Assembly: GCA_965140785.1 (NCBI GenBank) | Contig: OZ223481.1 | Location: 672,001-736,000 of the forward strand | Direction of reading: 5' to 3' | Source: an uncultured Ruficoccus sp. | GTDB taxonomy: Bacteria; Verrucomicrobiota; Verrucomicrobiia; Opitutales; Cerasicoccaceae | DNA: 64,000 bases | Shown here: piece by piece, positions 1 to 10,016 of the stretch | How positions within the stretch are numbered: position 1 is the first letter of the stretch | How the letters are laid out: each line of letters begins with the position of its first letter | Position numbers and translations under genes: made by a program | Notes under the pieces: generated by a model | What the model was told of the DNA's origin: nothing | The model's database searches: none | The model's input: the letters and a program-made list of their open reading frames with translations, nothing else

Positions 1-65
1 AGGTCGATGAACAGAACCAGGAAGACCACGCCCAGGGCGCGCCGATTGTGGGGAGCTTGCGGCAT
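1..65 (-). CDS. N-terminus of a probable MFS transporter (Tet/TCR-like), runs off the window
   Basis: Manual translation from ATG at 65: MPQAPHNRRALGVVFLVLFIDL, typical first TM of Tet-type MFS; starts 10 nt after coaD stop. Confidence 0.5.
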   Translation of the reverse strand, partial: MPQAPHNRRALGVVFLVLFID

Positions 66-75
66 GTCGCTAGTG

Positions 76-558
76 TTAAGCGCCGAGCGCTTCTTGCAAG
101 GCCGAGAGCGTATTTGCGGGGACAAATTTTTTCGTCCGGCCCGGATCGTACTGGGCAATGGCCTTGACCAGGCTGGAGGAGGTGTAGAAGTGCTCCTGCT
201 TGGGCATGAGAAAGATGGTCTCGATCTCGGGGGCCAGGTCGCGGTTCATCTGAGCGAGCTGGAACTCGAACTCGAAGTCCGAGATGGCGCGCAGCCCGCG
301 CACAATGGTGCGGGCGCCCATCTGGCGGGCGAAGTCCACCGTCAGCCCGCTGAGGGTGGCGGCCCGGGCGTTGGGGATGTCCTCCAGGTTCTCCTCAATC
401 AGCTTCATGCGCTGTTCGATCGAGAGCAGGGGGTTCTTTTCCCGGTTGGGGGCCGCCGCCATGATGACCTCGTCGAACAGATCGCATGCGCGCCGAAGCA
501 CGTCGAGGTGGCCGTTGGTGACCGGATCGAAAGTTCCTGCGTAAAGTGCGCGTCGCAT
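76..558 (-). CDS. coaD: phosphopantetheine adenylyltransferase
   Basis: [12 protein letters not shown] (HxGH) and [13 protein letters not shown] motifs; ATG at 558. Confidence 0.95.
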   Translation of the reverse strand: MRRALYAGTFDPVTNGHLDVLRRACDLFDEVIMAAAPNREKNPLLSIEQRMKLIEENLEDIPNARAATLSGLTVDFARQMGARTIVRGLRAISDFEFEFQLAQMNRDLAPEIETIFLMPKQEHFYTSSSLVKAIAQYDPGRTKKFVPANTLSALQEALGA

Positions 559-680
559 GGGCCTATGCGGTAACCCCGCCGGGCGCGCCTTGGCAAGCTT
601 TCTCGGGAAAACAAGGGACTCGGCAGGGCCGAAAAGTTCTCGCCAAGCGCGGGGCAAGCCGGAAAAATGTCCCTCCTTTC

Positions 681-1280
681 ATGAATCTGCCGAACTTGCT
701 TACCCTGTCGCGGATTGCGTTTTTATTCGTAATCGTGGCCCTGCTTTACGCGCCGTTCCGGGGGGCGGGCGCGCTGGCCTTTCTCCTGTTTATCGTGGCC
801 GCACTGACGGACTGGGCGGACGGCTACATGGCCCGTAAGACCGGGCAGATCTCGAACTTTGGCAAGCTGATGGACGCCTTGGCGGACAAGGTGCTGATGG
901 TGGGTATTTTCGTCACGCTGCTGGCTCTGCCGAGTTTTTTGCCCTGGTGGTGCATCTTTCTGGTCCTGCTGATCATCATGCGCGAGTTTCTCATCACCGG
1001 GCTGCGGCTGGTGGCGGCTTCGCAGGGTAAGGTCCTGGCGGCGGAAAAAGGCGGCAAGGTCAAGACCGTGGTCCAGATCGTGGCCGCGGCGGTGCTGCTG
1101 GCGGCTCGCTCGCTGGCGTTGGACTTTCACGCGGGGACCGCGGTGTACGATTTCTTTTTCTGGGTCGGGATGATCGCCTTTGTGCTGGCGGCGATCCTGA
1201 CCGTGCAGTCCGGCAGCGTGTACATGATTAAATACTGGTCGCTCTTTCAGGGGGACAGTGGCACGGGGAAGCGCGGATGA
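681..1280 (+). CDS. pgsA: CDP-diacylglycerol--glycerol-3-phosphate 3-phosphatidyltransferase
   Basis: [11 protein letters not shown] start and DWADGYMAR...[14 protein letters not shown]-alcohol phosphotransferase motif. Confidence 0.92.
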   Translation: MNLPNLLTLSRIAFLFVIVALLYAPFRGAGALAFLLFIVAALTDWADGYMARKTGQISNFGKLMDALADKVLMVGIFVTLLALPSFLPWWCIFLVLLIIMREFLITGLRLVAASQGKVLAAEKGGKVKTVVQIVAAAVLLAARSLALDFHAGTAVYDFFFWVGMIAFVLAAILTVQSGSVYMIKYWSLFQGDSGTGKRG

Positions 1281-1816
1281 GTCAGACGGGCTGGAAGGAC
1301 TATTTTCCCTGGACCAAGCTGCTGCCCACGCCCGTGGTGGTGCATGTCGCCACGCTGGGGCCGCTCGGGACACGCTTCAAGGCGCCGGGGACGATCGGCT
1401 CGGTCGCGGGCATCATCTGGTACACGCTCGTGTTCCATTATGCGTCGCCCTTCGCCTACCTGATCCTGCTGCTGCTCACGCTCTACGTCGGCACCGGGAT
1501 CTGCGGCGAGGCTGAGCAGCGCCTGCGCAAGCGCGATCCCGGCGAGGTCATCCTGGACGAATTTGTAGTCATACCGGTGTGCTTCCTCGGTCTGCAAGGA
1601 GTGATAGCTGGCCTCGGTGGCTGGGCCTGGGTGCTCATGCTGGCCGGGTTCGGGCTCTTCCGGCTCTTCGATATCCTCAAGCCTTTTGGAATCTCCAAAC
1701 TCCAGGACCTGCCGGGCGGCTACGGGGTCATGGCCGACGATCTGGCCGCCGCGGTGGTTACGTGCATCCTGCTGCACGTGGGGGTGATTTTTCTGCTGCC
1801 GCTGCTTCCGGCCTGA
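1277..1816 (+). CDS. pgpA: phosphatidylglycerophosphatase A
   Basis: [34 protein letters not shown] motifs; ATGA overlap with pgsA. Confidence 0.9.
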   Translation: MSQTGWKDYFPWTKLLPTPVVVHVATLGPLGTRFKAPGTIGSVAGIIWYTLVFHYASPFAYLILLLLTLYVGTGICGEAEQRLRKRDPGEVILDEFVVIPVCFLGLQGVIAGLGGWAWVLMLAGFGLFRLFDILKPFGISKLQDLPGGYGVMADDLAAAVVTCILLHVGVIFLLPLLPA

Positions 1817-1852
1817 GACTGTGAGAGTCGCTTTGGGAGAAAGCTGCCGGGG

Positions 1853-2359
1853 CTATTGCTTTTCCACGCGCACGCGGAAGAATCGGACTGGCGAGGAGCT
1901 GGCATCGTAGGTGCCGGGGGGTGACAACCGACCACGAGACCATGTCCGCGGAGCCTTCGAGGACGACGTTGTAGTTGCCCGTGCTGTTGGTGGGGATGAC
2001 CACGGCGTTACTCGGCGTGGTGCTGGCCTTTTCCATTTCGTACAGGTAGGCGTCGTCCACCATCAGGGTGATGACGTCCTTCTGGCCCGGGAGCTGGATT
2101 TTCTTACCTGAAGCGATGTAAATGGGCAGGACCGGCACATCGCCGGTGGCGGGGTAGCGGTCGGCACACTCACGGCGAGGCCGTCCACGGTCATGTCCAC
2201 CGTGCCGTTATCGGAGAGCACGGTGACAATCTTCGCCACCTGGCCGCCGGGGACGGTGTAAGAGCCGCCGGAAGTGAGCGTGACGACAGCGGCACTCAGC
2301 ACGTTGGCGGTGAGCAGGGTGCTGGCGACGAGTAGAAAAGTGCGGAGGAGAGTTTTCAT
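1853..2359 (-). pseudogene. small secreted protein interrupted by two single-base frameshifts (possibly assembly errors)
   Basis: Signal peptide MKTLLRTFLLVASTLLTANVLSA; reading continues in ORF 1758..2138 after the G4 run at 2151-2154, and again after the G6 run at 1916-1921 to ...GTYDASSSPVRFFRVRVEKQ* (stop 1853). Confidence 0.6.
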
Positions 2360-2590
2360 AACGGGGATCGGTAGAAGGTTTCACCCAGTAAATAAAGCAT
2401 GCGGTGGGTAGAGTCAAATAGTCGCAACTAAAGGTTTGGTTAATAAGGTGTTAAAATACAGGGGCTTCCTTGCTGGATGGGCGGTGGAGCGCGAAGCGTT
2501 TTTTCAGTGGGGATTGCGATTGGGGCGGAGATGATCCATAATTGGACATTACCCGGGCGTGCGTACAACCCGAATTGACCTTATTTGCTT

Positions 2591-3376
2591 ATGAATCTCG
2601 ACCCGCAGCAACAAAGCTCCCAAGCCCAGTTTGACCGCAACAGCGCCAACTACGGCCGCCAGCATATCCTGGCCCGGACCGACGACCTGGAGGCGGCCTT
2701 CGCTCATGTGCCGGCACCGGCTCGGGAGGCCCGCGCGCTGGATGTCGCCACCGGCGGCGGGCACACGGCGCTTTTCGCCGCCCGGCGCGGGTGGCAGGTG
2801 ACGCTGGCCGACCTCTCCGCCGCCATGCTGGAGAATGCCCACCGCCTACTTCAGGAGGAGGGATTCGGGGCCGAGCGGCGGCAGTTCCCGGCGGAGGAGT
2901 TTCCATTCGCGGACGGGGAGTTCGGTCTGGTCACCTGCCGGGTGGCCGCACACCACTTCAGCGACCCGGCGGCGTTTGTGCGGGAGACCTTTCGAGTGCT
3001 TGCGCCCGACGGCACTTTTGTCCTGATCGACGGCAGCCTGCCCGACGACCGGCCCGACGTGGACGCCTGGATGAACGCCGTTGAAAAATGGCGCGATCCC
3101 TCCCATGGCCGCCTGATCAGCCGCAAGGAGTGGACACAGATGGCCGAAGCTGCCGGATTTGAGGTCGTTTCGGCGGAGCTGAAGCCCTTTCTCCAGCCTG
3201 ATCTGGAGTGGTACTTCGAGACCGCCCGGACCAGCCCGGAGAACCGGCAAAAGGTGCTCGATGCCATTACCGCCATCTCCCCTGAAGTGCGTAAGAGCGT
3301 GCAACTGGCCGAGATGGACGGTAAAATTACCTGGGTCTGGCAACGGCTGGAGCTGGTTGCGCGCAAGCCGGCCTAA
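2591..3376 (+). CDS. class I SAM-dependent methyltransferase
   Basis: ALDVATGGGHTA motif I; FPFADGEFGLVTCRVAAHHF. Confidence 0.88.
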   Translation: MNLDPQQQSSQAQFDRNSANYGRQHILARTDDLEAAFAHVPAPAREARALDVATGGGHTALFAARRGWQVTLADLSAAMLENAHRLLQEEGFGAERRQFPAEEFPFADGEFGLVTCRVAAHHFSDPAAFVRETFRVLAPDGTFVLIDGSLPDDRPDVDAWMNAVEKWRDPSHGRLISRKEWTQMAEAAGFEVVSAELKPFLQPDLEWYFETARTSPENRQKVLDAITAISPEVRKSVQLAEMDGKITWVWQRLELVARKPA

Positions 3377-3436
3377 ACGGTTTAAATAATGGCAGAGCCG
3401 CTCCGCTCTTTACAGGCCCGGACGACTTTTATTTTT

Positions 3437-3520
3437 AACCACAGAGACACAAAGGCAAAAAGAACACAAAGAGGATTAGCCGTGTATAGTTCCAAACACC
3501 ACTCTGTGCCCTCTGTGGTT
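3437..3520. repeat. imperfect inverted repeat with short internal periodicity
   Basis: aaccacagagacacaaag (3437) pairs with ctctgtgccctctgtggtt (3502-3520); between convergent genes. Confidence 0.65.
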
Positions 3521-3535
3521 ATAACATAAAATACT

Positions 3536-3973
3536 TTAATGGTGGTAGCCGGTCCCCTGGAGGATGGTGAAGGCGCGGTAGAGCTGCTCCAATAGGACGA
3601 CGCGGGCCATCTCGTGGGTGAAGGTCATGGGCGAAAGAGAGAGCAGGGTGTCAGCGCGGGCCTTGACCGCATCGCTCAGCCCGTAGGCTCCGCCGATGAG
3701 GAAGACCGCGTCCTGTCCGCCGGTGCGCAGGCTGTCGAGCCTCTGGGCCAGGGCGGTGGAAGGGCCACAGCGGCCCTCTTCGGCCAGTGCGAAAATATGC
3801 CCGCGCTCCTTTTCCAGGGCCTTGAGGATGCGCTCGCCCTCGCGCCCGGCGTCGGCATCGCGCAGCTCGATCATCTCCAGAGCGGTGTAAGGGCGCAGGC
3901 GCTTGGCGTACTCGCCGGCCCGTTCGCGCCAGGAGGGCTCCTTGAGTTTACCGACGGTGATGAGCTTAAGCAT
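3536..3973 (-). CDS. rlmH: 23S rRNA pseudouridine-1915 N3-methyltransferase
   Basis: ITVGKLKE start; FLIGGAYGL, SLSPMTFTHEMARVVLLEQLYRA, C-terminal GYHH. Confidence 0.93.
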   Translation of the reverse strand: MLKLITVGKLKEPSWRERAGEYAKRLRPYTALEMIELRDADAGREGERILKALEKERGHIFALAEEGRCGPSTALAQRLDSLRTGGQDAVFLIGGAYGLSDAVKARADTLLSLSPMTFTHEMARVVLLEQLYRAFTILQGTGYHH

Positions 3974-4059
3974 GGGCGGTGGGCGTCTGTGGCCAACGCG
4001 GATGTGGGGCCATGGCAGGGGACACGCCGGGTTGAGCCGTTGCCTGCATCGCGACGGTT

Positions 4060-5217
4060 TTACTTGGCCTGGGGCTCGGCAGCGGCGAGGAAGCCGCCGA
4101 CCAGCTCGTACAGCTCGGGAGCCTTGATGAGGAAGGAGTCATGGCCCAGGTCCATGTTGACCTCGGCGTAGCTGGCGTTCTTGCCGCAGCGGAGCATGGC
4201 GTGGACGATCTCGCGGTTTTGCTCGGGCGGAAAGAGCCAGTCCGAGGTGAAGCCGACCACGAGCGCGCGCGCCTGCATCTTCTCCAGCGAATCCTCCAGG
4301 CGGTTGCCTTCGCCGTAGAGGTCGAAGCGGTCCAGCGCCTTGGTGAAGTACAGGTAGGTGTTGGCGTCGAAGCGGTTGACGAAGCTCTTGCCCTGGTAGC
4401 GCAGGTAGCTCTCGACCTCGAATTCGACGTCGAAGTAGCCGCCGGCGTCGCGGGCCCGCTTGCGTACGCGGCCGAACTTGCGCTCCAGCCCCTCGTCGGA
4501 AAGGTAGGTGATGTGGGCCATCATGCGGGCCACGGCGAGGCCGACGTTCGGGCCCTGACCGGGCTCGTAATCGCCCTCGTGCCAGCCGGGGTCCTGAACG
4601 ATGGCGCTGCGGCCGACCTCGTTAAAGGCGATGGCCTGGGCGCTCTGGCGCGAGGTGGTGGCCATGGGCAGGATGGAGCGGACGCGCTCGGGGTACTCGA
4701 TCGCCCACTGGAGCGCCTGCATGCCGCCCATGGAGCCGCCGATGGCGCAATGGAGCACATCGATGCCGAGATGGTCGAGCAGACGCCGCTGTGCCCGGAC
4801 CATGTCGCGGATGCTGACCTGCGGGAAGGCCAGCCCGAAGCGCTTGCCGGTGGTGGGATTAATCGAGGCGGGGCCGGTCGAGCCCTGGCAGCCGCCCAGG
4901 CAGTTGCTGCACACGACGAAGTACTTCGTCGTGTCGATGGGCTTGCCGGGGCCGATCATGTTGTTCCACCAGCCGGGCTTGGCGTCCTGCAGGGAGTAAA
5001 CCCCGGCGCAGTGGTGGTCGCCACTGAGGGCGTGAAAGATGAAGATGGCGTTGTCGCGGGCGGCGTTGAGCTTGCCGTAGGTCTCGTAGCGCAGCGTGAA
5101 ACCCGGCAGCTCGCCCCCCTCCTCGAAGGTGAACGGCTCCTCACAGACAAAGTCGTGGTACTCGACCAGCCCGACTTCGCCCTCGTCGAGCACGGGCGCT
5201 GCTTCGGCATCATTCAT
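4060..5217 (-). CDS. metX: homoserine O-acetyltransferase
   Basis: HALSGD, GGCQGSTGP, GGSMGGMQ nucleophile elbow, RFDANTY, GHDSFL. Confidence 0.93.
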   Translation of the reverse strand: MNDAEAAPVLDEGEVGLVEYHDFVCEEPFTFEEGGELPGFTLRYETYGKLNAARDNAIFIFHALSGDHHCAGVYSLQDAKPGWWNNMIGPGKPIDTTKYFVVCSNCLGGCQGSTGPASINPTTGKRFGLAFPQVSIRDMVRAQRRLLDHLGIDVLHCAIGGSMGGMQALQWAIEYPERVRSILPMATTSRQSAQAIAFNEVGRSAIVQDPGWHEGDYEPGQGPNVGLAVARMMAHITYLSDEGLERKFGRVRKRARDAGGYFDVEFEVESYLRYQGKSFVNRFDANTYLYFTKALDRFDLYGEGNRLEDSLEKMQARALVVGFTSDWLFPPEQNREIVHAMLRCGKNASYAEVNMDLGHDSFLIKAPELYELVGGFLAAAEPQAK

Positions 5218-5263
5218 GGAGGCAGTACTAAAAGCCCAAAACGGGCCGAAAGCACGCGAAAAC

Positions 5264-5890
5264 TTAAAACGCTTTTTCCGTTTTAATCAGCCGGATAAAC
5301 TGGCGGACGTAATCCTGAATGGAACCGTCAATGGCCATTGTGCACTGGTTTATCATCTCATAGCCGCTGCCACTCTGACTGGATTCACTCATAATGGGGC
5401 CGTATGTTCTTTTCATGCCCTGCATCTCAACCGTTATGAGGGTTGTGACCTGAGCTATCGTCTCAACCGAGCCCCAGCCGGCATCCAGATGGATTTCGGC
5501 TTTCTGGACATTGCCAGTCAGGAGGCCATCATACTCGTTTTTCAGTTGCTGATATTCGCTCATCGTGACCACATCGGCGTTGATGCCTGCTTTCCGGAGG
5601 GCGTCAACGCTGGCTTCAGCCAGGATCAGGCCGAGATTATCATTGCTGAGTATATCATCAATTTCCATGTCCCAGATGTTGAACACCGTGAAGAGGGTCT
5701 CGCCCTCCTCATTCTGGGGATAAGTGAACTCAACAACGGCAATGGTGGGCGTAGTCCCTGTTTCGGTGCGGATGGTGGGGACCGCCGCCACCGGCGTGTA
5801 CTTGAGCGTGGCCTTGGGGCTGGCACAACCAGCAAGGAGCGCGATGAATAATACAACAGATGGGACGAAGAGATAGCGTATGGTTTTCAC
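5264..5890 (-). CDS. hypothetical lipoprotein
   Basis: GTG start, signal peptide with lipobox LLAGC; visibly lower GC than flanks. Confidence 0.7.
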   Translation of the reverse strand: MKTIRYLFVPSVVLFIALLAGCASPKATLKYTPVAAVPTIRTETGTTPTIAVVEFTYPQNEEGETLFTVFNIWDMEIDDILSNDNLGLILAEASVDALRKAGINADVVTMSEYQQLKNEYDGLLTGNVQKAEIHLDAGWGSVETIAQVTTLITVEMQGMKRTYGPIMSESSQSGSGYEMINQCTMAIDGSIQDYVRQFIRLIKTEKAF

Positions 5891-5962
5891 ACGCTACTTC
5901 TCGCCAGCAGCCGCAAGGGCGGCAAGCTAATTTGCCGTTGACGCTGTATTAGCTGCGCGTCG

Positions 5963-6703
5963 TTAGCCCAAGAGGGACTCGTCGATGTCGAAATTGTGGT
6001 GGACGGCTTTGACGTCCTCCAGGTCTTCGAGCAGGTCCACCAGCCGGAGAATCTGTTTGGCGGTGTCCTTGTCGGTGATGCTGATCTCGTTGTTGGGCAG
6101 ATAGGCGATTTCGGAGGATTCGCAGGCGATGCCTTTGTCGGCGAGGGCCTGGTCAACGGTGTGGTATTCGCCGATCTCGCAGGTGACCTCGAAGTGGTCC
6201 TCGGCGTTTTCGACGTCCTCGGCGCCGGCTTCGAGGGCGACTTCCATCAGGGTGTCCTCGTCGGTGGCGTCGGCGGAAATGATGAACTGGCCCTTTTTCT
6301 GGAAATTGAAGGCGAGCGCACCGGCGCCGGCCAGGTTACCGTTGCACTTGGTGAAGGTGCTGCGGATTTCTGAGGCGCTACGGTTTTTGTTGTCGGTGGT
6401 GACTTCGACGATGAGGCCAACGCCGCCCGGGCCGTAGCCCTCGTACACCAGTTCGTCGTAGCTGACGCCGGGCAGTTCCCCGGTGCCCTTCTTGATGGCC
6501 TTTTCGATGTTATCGGCGGGCATGTTAGAGGCCTTGGCCTTCTGGATGCAGGTGCGCAGGCGCGGGTTGAACTCGGGGTCGCCGCCGCCTTCGCGGGCCG
6601 CGATGGTCAGCTCCTTGGAGATGACACTGAAAATCTTGCCGCGCTTGGCGTCAACCGCCGCCTTGGCGCGTTTAATTGTAGCCCATTTGCTGTGTCCGGA
6701 CAT
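5963..6703 (-). CDS. yebC: YebC/PmpR family protein
   Basis: MSGHSKWATIKRAK and YEGYGPGGV signatures. Confidence 0.93.
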   Translation of the reverse strand: MSGHSKWATIKRAKAAVDAKRGKIFSVISKELTIAAREGGGDPEFNPRLRTCIQKAKASNMPADNIEKAIKKGTGELPGVSYDELVYEGYGPGGVGLIVEVTTDNKNRSASEIRSTFTKCNGNLAGAGALAFNFQKKGQFIISADATDEDTLMEVALEAGAEDVENAEDHFEVTCEIGEYHTVDQALADKGIACESSEIAYLPNNEISITDKDTAKQILRLVDLLEDLEDVKAVHHNFDIDESLLG

Positions 6704-6875
6704 GGCGAAATCTCAATGAAGGGGTTGGCTCTTCGTCAAGTGCGAAGAATCTGGGTAAACGGGGATTTTTGGGCCTCGGCGGGCGATGTCGATAGAAAAA
6801 AATGGCGCGGGCCTCCGCGGCCGAAGCCGGTGGGGTGGGTCTCTTTTTCCAAGGGTGAGAGGATTCGGGGAAGAC

Positions 6876-6915
6876 AAAAAAGCCGGGAAACACATGGTGA
6901 TTCCCGGCTTTTTTT
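6876..6915. terminator. intrinsic terminator downstream of yidC
   Basis: A6-gccgggaa...ttcccggc-T7 hairpin. Confidence 0.75.
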
Positions 6916-6931
6916 ATAAAATGAGCGTGCG

Positions 6932-8908
6932 CTAGCGCTTTTTCTTTTTCTGCTGGGGCAGACCCTTTCCGGTCAGGCTGCGTTTGGCGGCGCGCTGCTG
7001 CTCTCTGGCTGATTCCAGGCGGTCCCGGAAAGACTGCTTCTTGGAGCCGCCTCCGGGGTTGTCCTTGCTGCCGGCAGCGGCGAGGGCTTCCTCTTCGGGG
7101 TCGTCCTTACGGTGGTTGGTGATCCACTGCTGGCCGATGGTGAAGAGGTTCTGGCAGGTCCAGTACAGGACCAGGCCGGCGGGGAAATTATAGCAGAAAA
7201 ACAGGAAGACCAGCGGCATGAACTTGAACAGCGTGCGCTGCATGCTGTCCGTCGTCGGGGTGGGCGTCATCTGCATCTGGAAGAACATGGTGATGCCCAT
7301 GAGCAGCGGAAGCGGATTGATGGGGAACCCGGCGATATGGCCGACGGTGTCCGGGATGGACAGGTCGGGAATCCACAGGAAGGGCGCGAAGCGCAGCTCC
7401 GAGGCCGTCCGCAGCATGAAGTAAAACGAGAAGAAAATCGGGATCTGCACGAGCATCGGCAGGCAGCCGGCGGCGGGGTTGACCCGGTGCTCCTTGAACA
7501 ACTCCATGGTACGCTTCTGCATCTCCTGGGGGTTGTCCTTGTACTTCTCCTTGAGGTCGGCCATCAGCGGCTGGATCTTCGACATGCGCTTGGCCGAGCG
7601 CACCTGCACCTGAGTCAGCGGGTAGAGCAGGCTCTTGATGATGATCGTGATGATGATGATCGTGAAGCCCCAGCCCCAGGTCGGCGCGACATGGACCACG
7701 ACGCCGTGGACGGCGATCATGGCGTGGAGGAGAATCTTGCTGATGGCGCCGAAAAACCCGAACTGCATGACCAGGTCCTGCCGGTCGCCGAGGGCGGCCA
7801 GGCGGCTGTACTCCTTGGGCCCCACATAGTACTGCATGTGGTAGAGTTGTTGGCTGCCCTGGGTGAGGGCGTTGAGCTGGAAGCGGATGGCGCCGGTCAT
7901 ACCCTGCTCGGCCTCGGGGTCGTCCTCACCCTGGGTGAGGGAAACGGGCTGGGCGTAGATGCCGATGCCGGGCTCCTTGGGGGAGAGCACACCGGTGAAA
8001 AACTGGTTCTTGATCGCGCCCCATTCGACGGGCTCGATCGTCTCTTCGACCTTGTCCACGGGGGCTTTCTGGCCCATCCCGAAGAAGCCCTTGCTGCCCT
8101 TGAAGGTCTTCATCTGAATGAACTCGGCGTCCTCGCCGTTGTAATAGCCGAAGTTCAGGTAAGCGCCCCAGACGTCGCCCTCGGTGGGCGGGGCGGTGCC
8201 CACGTTGACGAAGATTTCGTTCTCGTTAAAGCTGACGTCAGACTCGTTGACGAAGGCGGTGGTGTGCTGGATGACGTAGGGGTCCTTGTCATCGCCGGTG
8301 CCCTGAAGCTGGTAGCCGCGCTTGATGCGCAGGCCATTCTCGGTCACGTACTCGAAGTTGACGCGGTCGTCCTCGTCGGAGTGGTACGTCATCTTGTAGT
8401 GCGGGGCGAACTCGTCCGGGGTGCCGTCGTTGTTGGTGTCGAGGCTGATGGCCAGCGCGGGCAGGACACCGCCGGCGTTAAAGACGTACGGCTGGTCGGA
8501 GTCGAGGGTAGCCGGGTACTTGAGCGTGCCGTTTTTGTCCTGGGCGACGAACTCGACGTGCTTGATGGCTCCGCCCCAGGTGGTGAAGGTGACGCGGATG
8601 GCGTCGTTTTCGAGGGTGATGAGCTCCTCGGCCTTGTCCGGCTGGGCGGCAGCCTCGACGGGGGCGGCGCTGTCGTCGGCCTGGACAAAGAAGTCGCGGG
8701 AGTCGCCCGTGTCGGTGGCTGTCTCAGCGGGGGCCGCCGGGGTGGTCCCGGTGTCGGGCTTGGCCGGCGTTTGCGGCTTCTGAGCGGTCTGGACTTCCTG
8801 GATCTGCTGCTGGAGGGCGCGTTCCTGCTGCTGGCGTCCCTGCCAGAAAATCATGAAAAAAGCGCCGCCGAGGAAGAGCAGCCCGAGAAAAATATTCTTT
8901 TTATCCAT
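6932..8908 (-). CDS. yidC: membrane protein insertase YidC
   Basis: YVGPKEY, WGFTIIIITIIIKSLLYPL, VNPAAGCLPMLVQIPIF, LVLYW; conserved gene order. Confidence 0.95.
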   Translation of the reverse strand: MDKKNIFLGLLFLGGAFFMIFWQGRQQQERALQQQIQEVQTAQKPQTPAKPDTGTTPAAPAETATDTGDSRDFFVQADDSAAPVEAAAQPDKAEELITLENDAIRVTFTTWGGAIKHVEFVAQDKNGTLKYPATLDSDQPYVFNAGGVLPALAISLDTNNDGTPDEFAPHYKMTYHSDEDDRVNFEYVTENGLRIKRGYQLQGTGDDKDPYVIQHTTAFVNESDVSFNENEIFVNVGTAPPTEGDVWGAYLNFGYYNGEDAEFIQMKTFKGSKGFFGMGQKAPVDKVEETIEPVEWGAIKNQFFTGVLSPKEPGIGIYAQPVSLTQGEDDPEAEQGMTGAIRFQLNALTQGSQQLYHMQYYVGPKEYSRLAALGDRQDLVMQFGFFGAISKILLHAMIAVHGVVVHVAPTWGWGFTIIIITIIIKSLLYPLTQVQVRSAKRMSKIQPLMADLKEKYKDNPQEMQKRTMELFKEHRVNPAAGCLPMLVQIPIFFSFYFMLRTASELRFAPFLWIPDLSIPDTVGHIAGFPINPLPLLMGITMFFQMQMTPTPTTDSMQRTLFKFMPLVFLFFCYNFPAGLVLYWTCQNLFTIGQQWITNHRKDDPEEEALAAAGSKDNPGGGSKKQSFRDRLESAREQQRAAKRSLTGKGLPQQKKKKR

Positions 8909-8909
8909 G

Positions 8910-9206
8910 CTAACGTTTCATAGCTCCACTGCGCATCAGCAGGGTTGAGCGGCCGGGTTTTTCCGGCACAGGGTCGTGACCGCCAGGGTGGAACGGGTGG
9001 CAGCGGAAAATCCGCAGTAGGGCCATCCAGCTACCGCGCCACAGGCCGAAGCGCAGCAGGCTCAGGCGAGCGTACTCCGAACAGGTCGGGTGGAAGCGGC
9101 AGCCCGCATTGGGCCCGAGCAGGAGGCGTTTCATGGGAGAAAACACGACCTGATAGACCACCACGAGGGCGGCCGCGGCTCGGGCGGACAGGCTGGGAGG
9201 GTTCAC
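8910..9206 (-). CDS. yidD: membrane protein insertion efficiency factor
   Basis: [11 protein letters not shown] and [17 protein letters not shown]; start GTG 9206 (overlapping rnpA stop) or ATG 9218. Confidence 0.9.
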   Translation of the reverse strand: MNPPSLSARAAAALVVVYQVVFSPMKRLLLGPNAGCRFHPTCSEYARLSLLRFGLWRGSWMALLRIFRCHPFHPGGHDPVPEKPGRSTLLMRSGAMKR

Positions 9207-9553
9207 GGAAGGCGGCATTTTTTCGCCGCACGCAGGTATTGCTCCTGCAATTCGGCGAAAGTCAGTTGGTCAAATTGGGAACGGACAATGATGAGGACAT
9301 CGCATTCCGGCGGCAAGCATTCCTGGTTGAGCCGGAAAATCTCCCGCACCTGGCGCTTGGCCCGGTTGCGTTTGACGGCGTTGCCCACTCGGCGCGAGGC
9401 GATAACGCCCAGGCGGCGCTGCCCCGGAGGCACTCCCTCGCGCAAAGGATAGATGCGCATAATAAAAGCGTCGCAGTCGGCCCGGAAGCCTTCCCGGCGC
9501 GGCCGGTCGAAGTCAGCCCGCGTGCGCAGGTGCTGAGCGGCCCGGAAGCGCAT
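9203..9553 (-). CDS. rnpA: ribonuclease P protein component
   Basis: [21 protein letters not shown] motif; downstream of rpmH. Confidence 0.92.
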   Translation of the reverse strand: MRFRAAQHLRTRADFDRPRREGFRADCDAFIMRIYPLREGVPPGQRRLGVIASRRVGNAVKRNRAKRQVREIFRLNQECLPPECDVLIIVRSQFDQLTFAELQEQYLRAAKKCRLP

Positions 9554-9565
9554 CGGTGGGCGAGG

Positions 9566-9703
9566 TTAGACTTGCGTCAGACGCTTGCGGCCCTTGGCGC
9601 GGCGGGCGGTGAGGACCTTGCGGCCCCCGCGGGTCTTCATACGGGCGCGAAAGCCGAACTTGCGGATGCGCTTCACGCGGTGCGGACGATAGGTTGGTTG
9701 CAT
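9566..9703 (-). CDS. rpmH: 50S ribosomal protein L34
   Basis: Not in the ORF track; manual translation [45 protein letters not shown]. Confidence 0.95.
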   Translation of the reverse strand: MQPTYRPHRVKRIRKFGFRARMKTRGGRKVLTARRAKGRKRLTQV

Positions 9704-9965
9704 GGTAGGTGCTGGTTAGAAGTTGGGAAATTGCGAAACCGCCTGAGAAAAGCGTTTTTTAGGCATGAGTCAAGCTTTGCTGAGGGAGAATACGCACCGT
9801 GTAAAAATCTTGTACTCATGAAAAATACCGGAACGGCTGCTCAAGCGGCCCTTTCTGTCCTTTGCGGGGAGGGTTTTATGAGTAATAAGCCCGTTCAGAT
9901 CCCCTACTGATTTTAGGTTTTACTTTTTTTTATTAATTGGATACAAAAAAAGAACAAAAAACAGT

Positions 9966-9992
9966 TAAAGGGCTTGGGAACTTCTCCGATAA
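9966..9992 (+). promoter_or_regulatory. sigma-28 (FliA/WhiG)-type promoter
   Basis: TAAA(9966-9969)-N15-TCCGATAA(9985-9992) versus consensus TAAA-N15-GCCGATAA; conserved at the same distance in the paralog. Confidence 0.65.
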
Positions 9993-10016
9993 GACGACTC
10001 GAACTATTTTATAGAT

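Noticed and set aside
9704..10016. oriC/dnaA expected next to rpmH
   Set aside because: No dnaA gene and no TTATCCACA boxes seen; the AT-rich stretch is explained by the duplicated promoter
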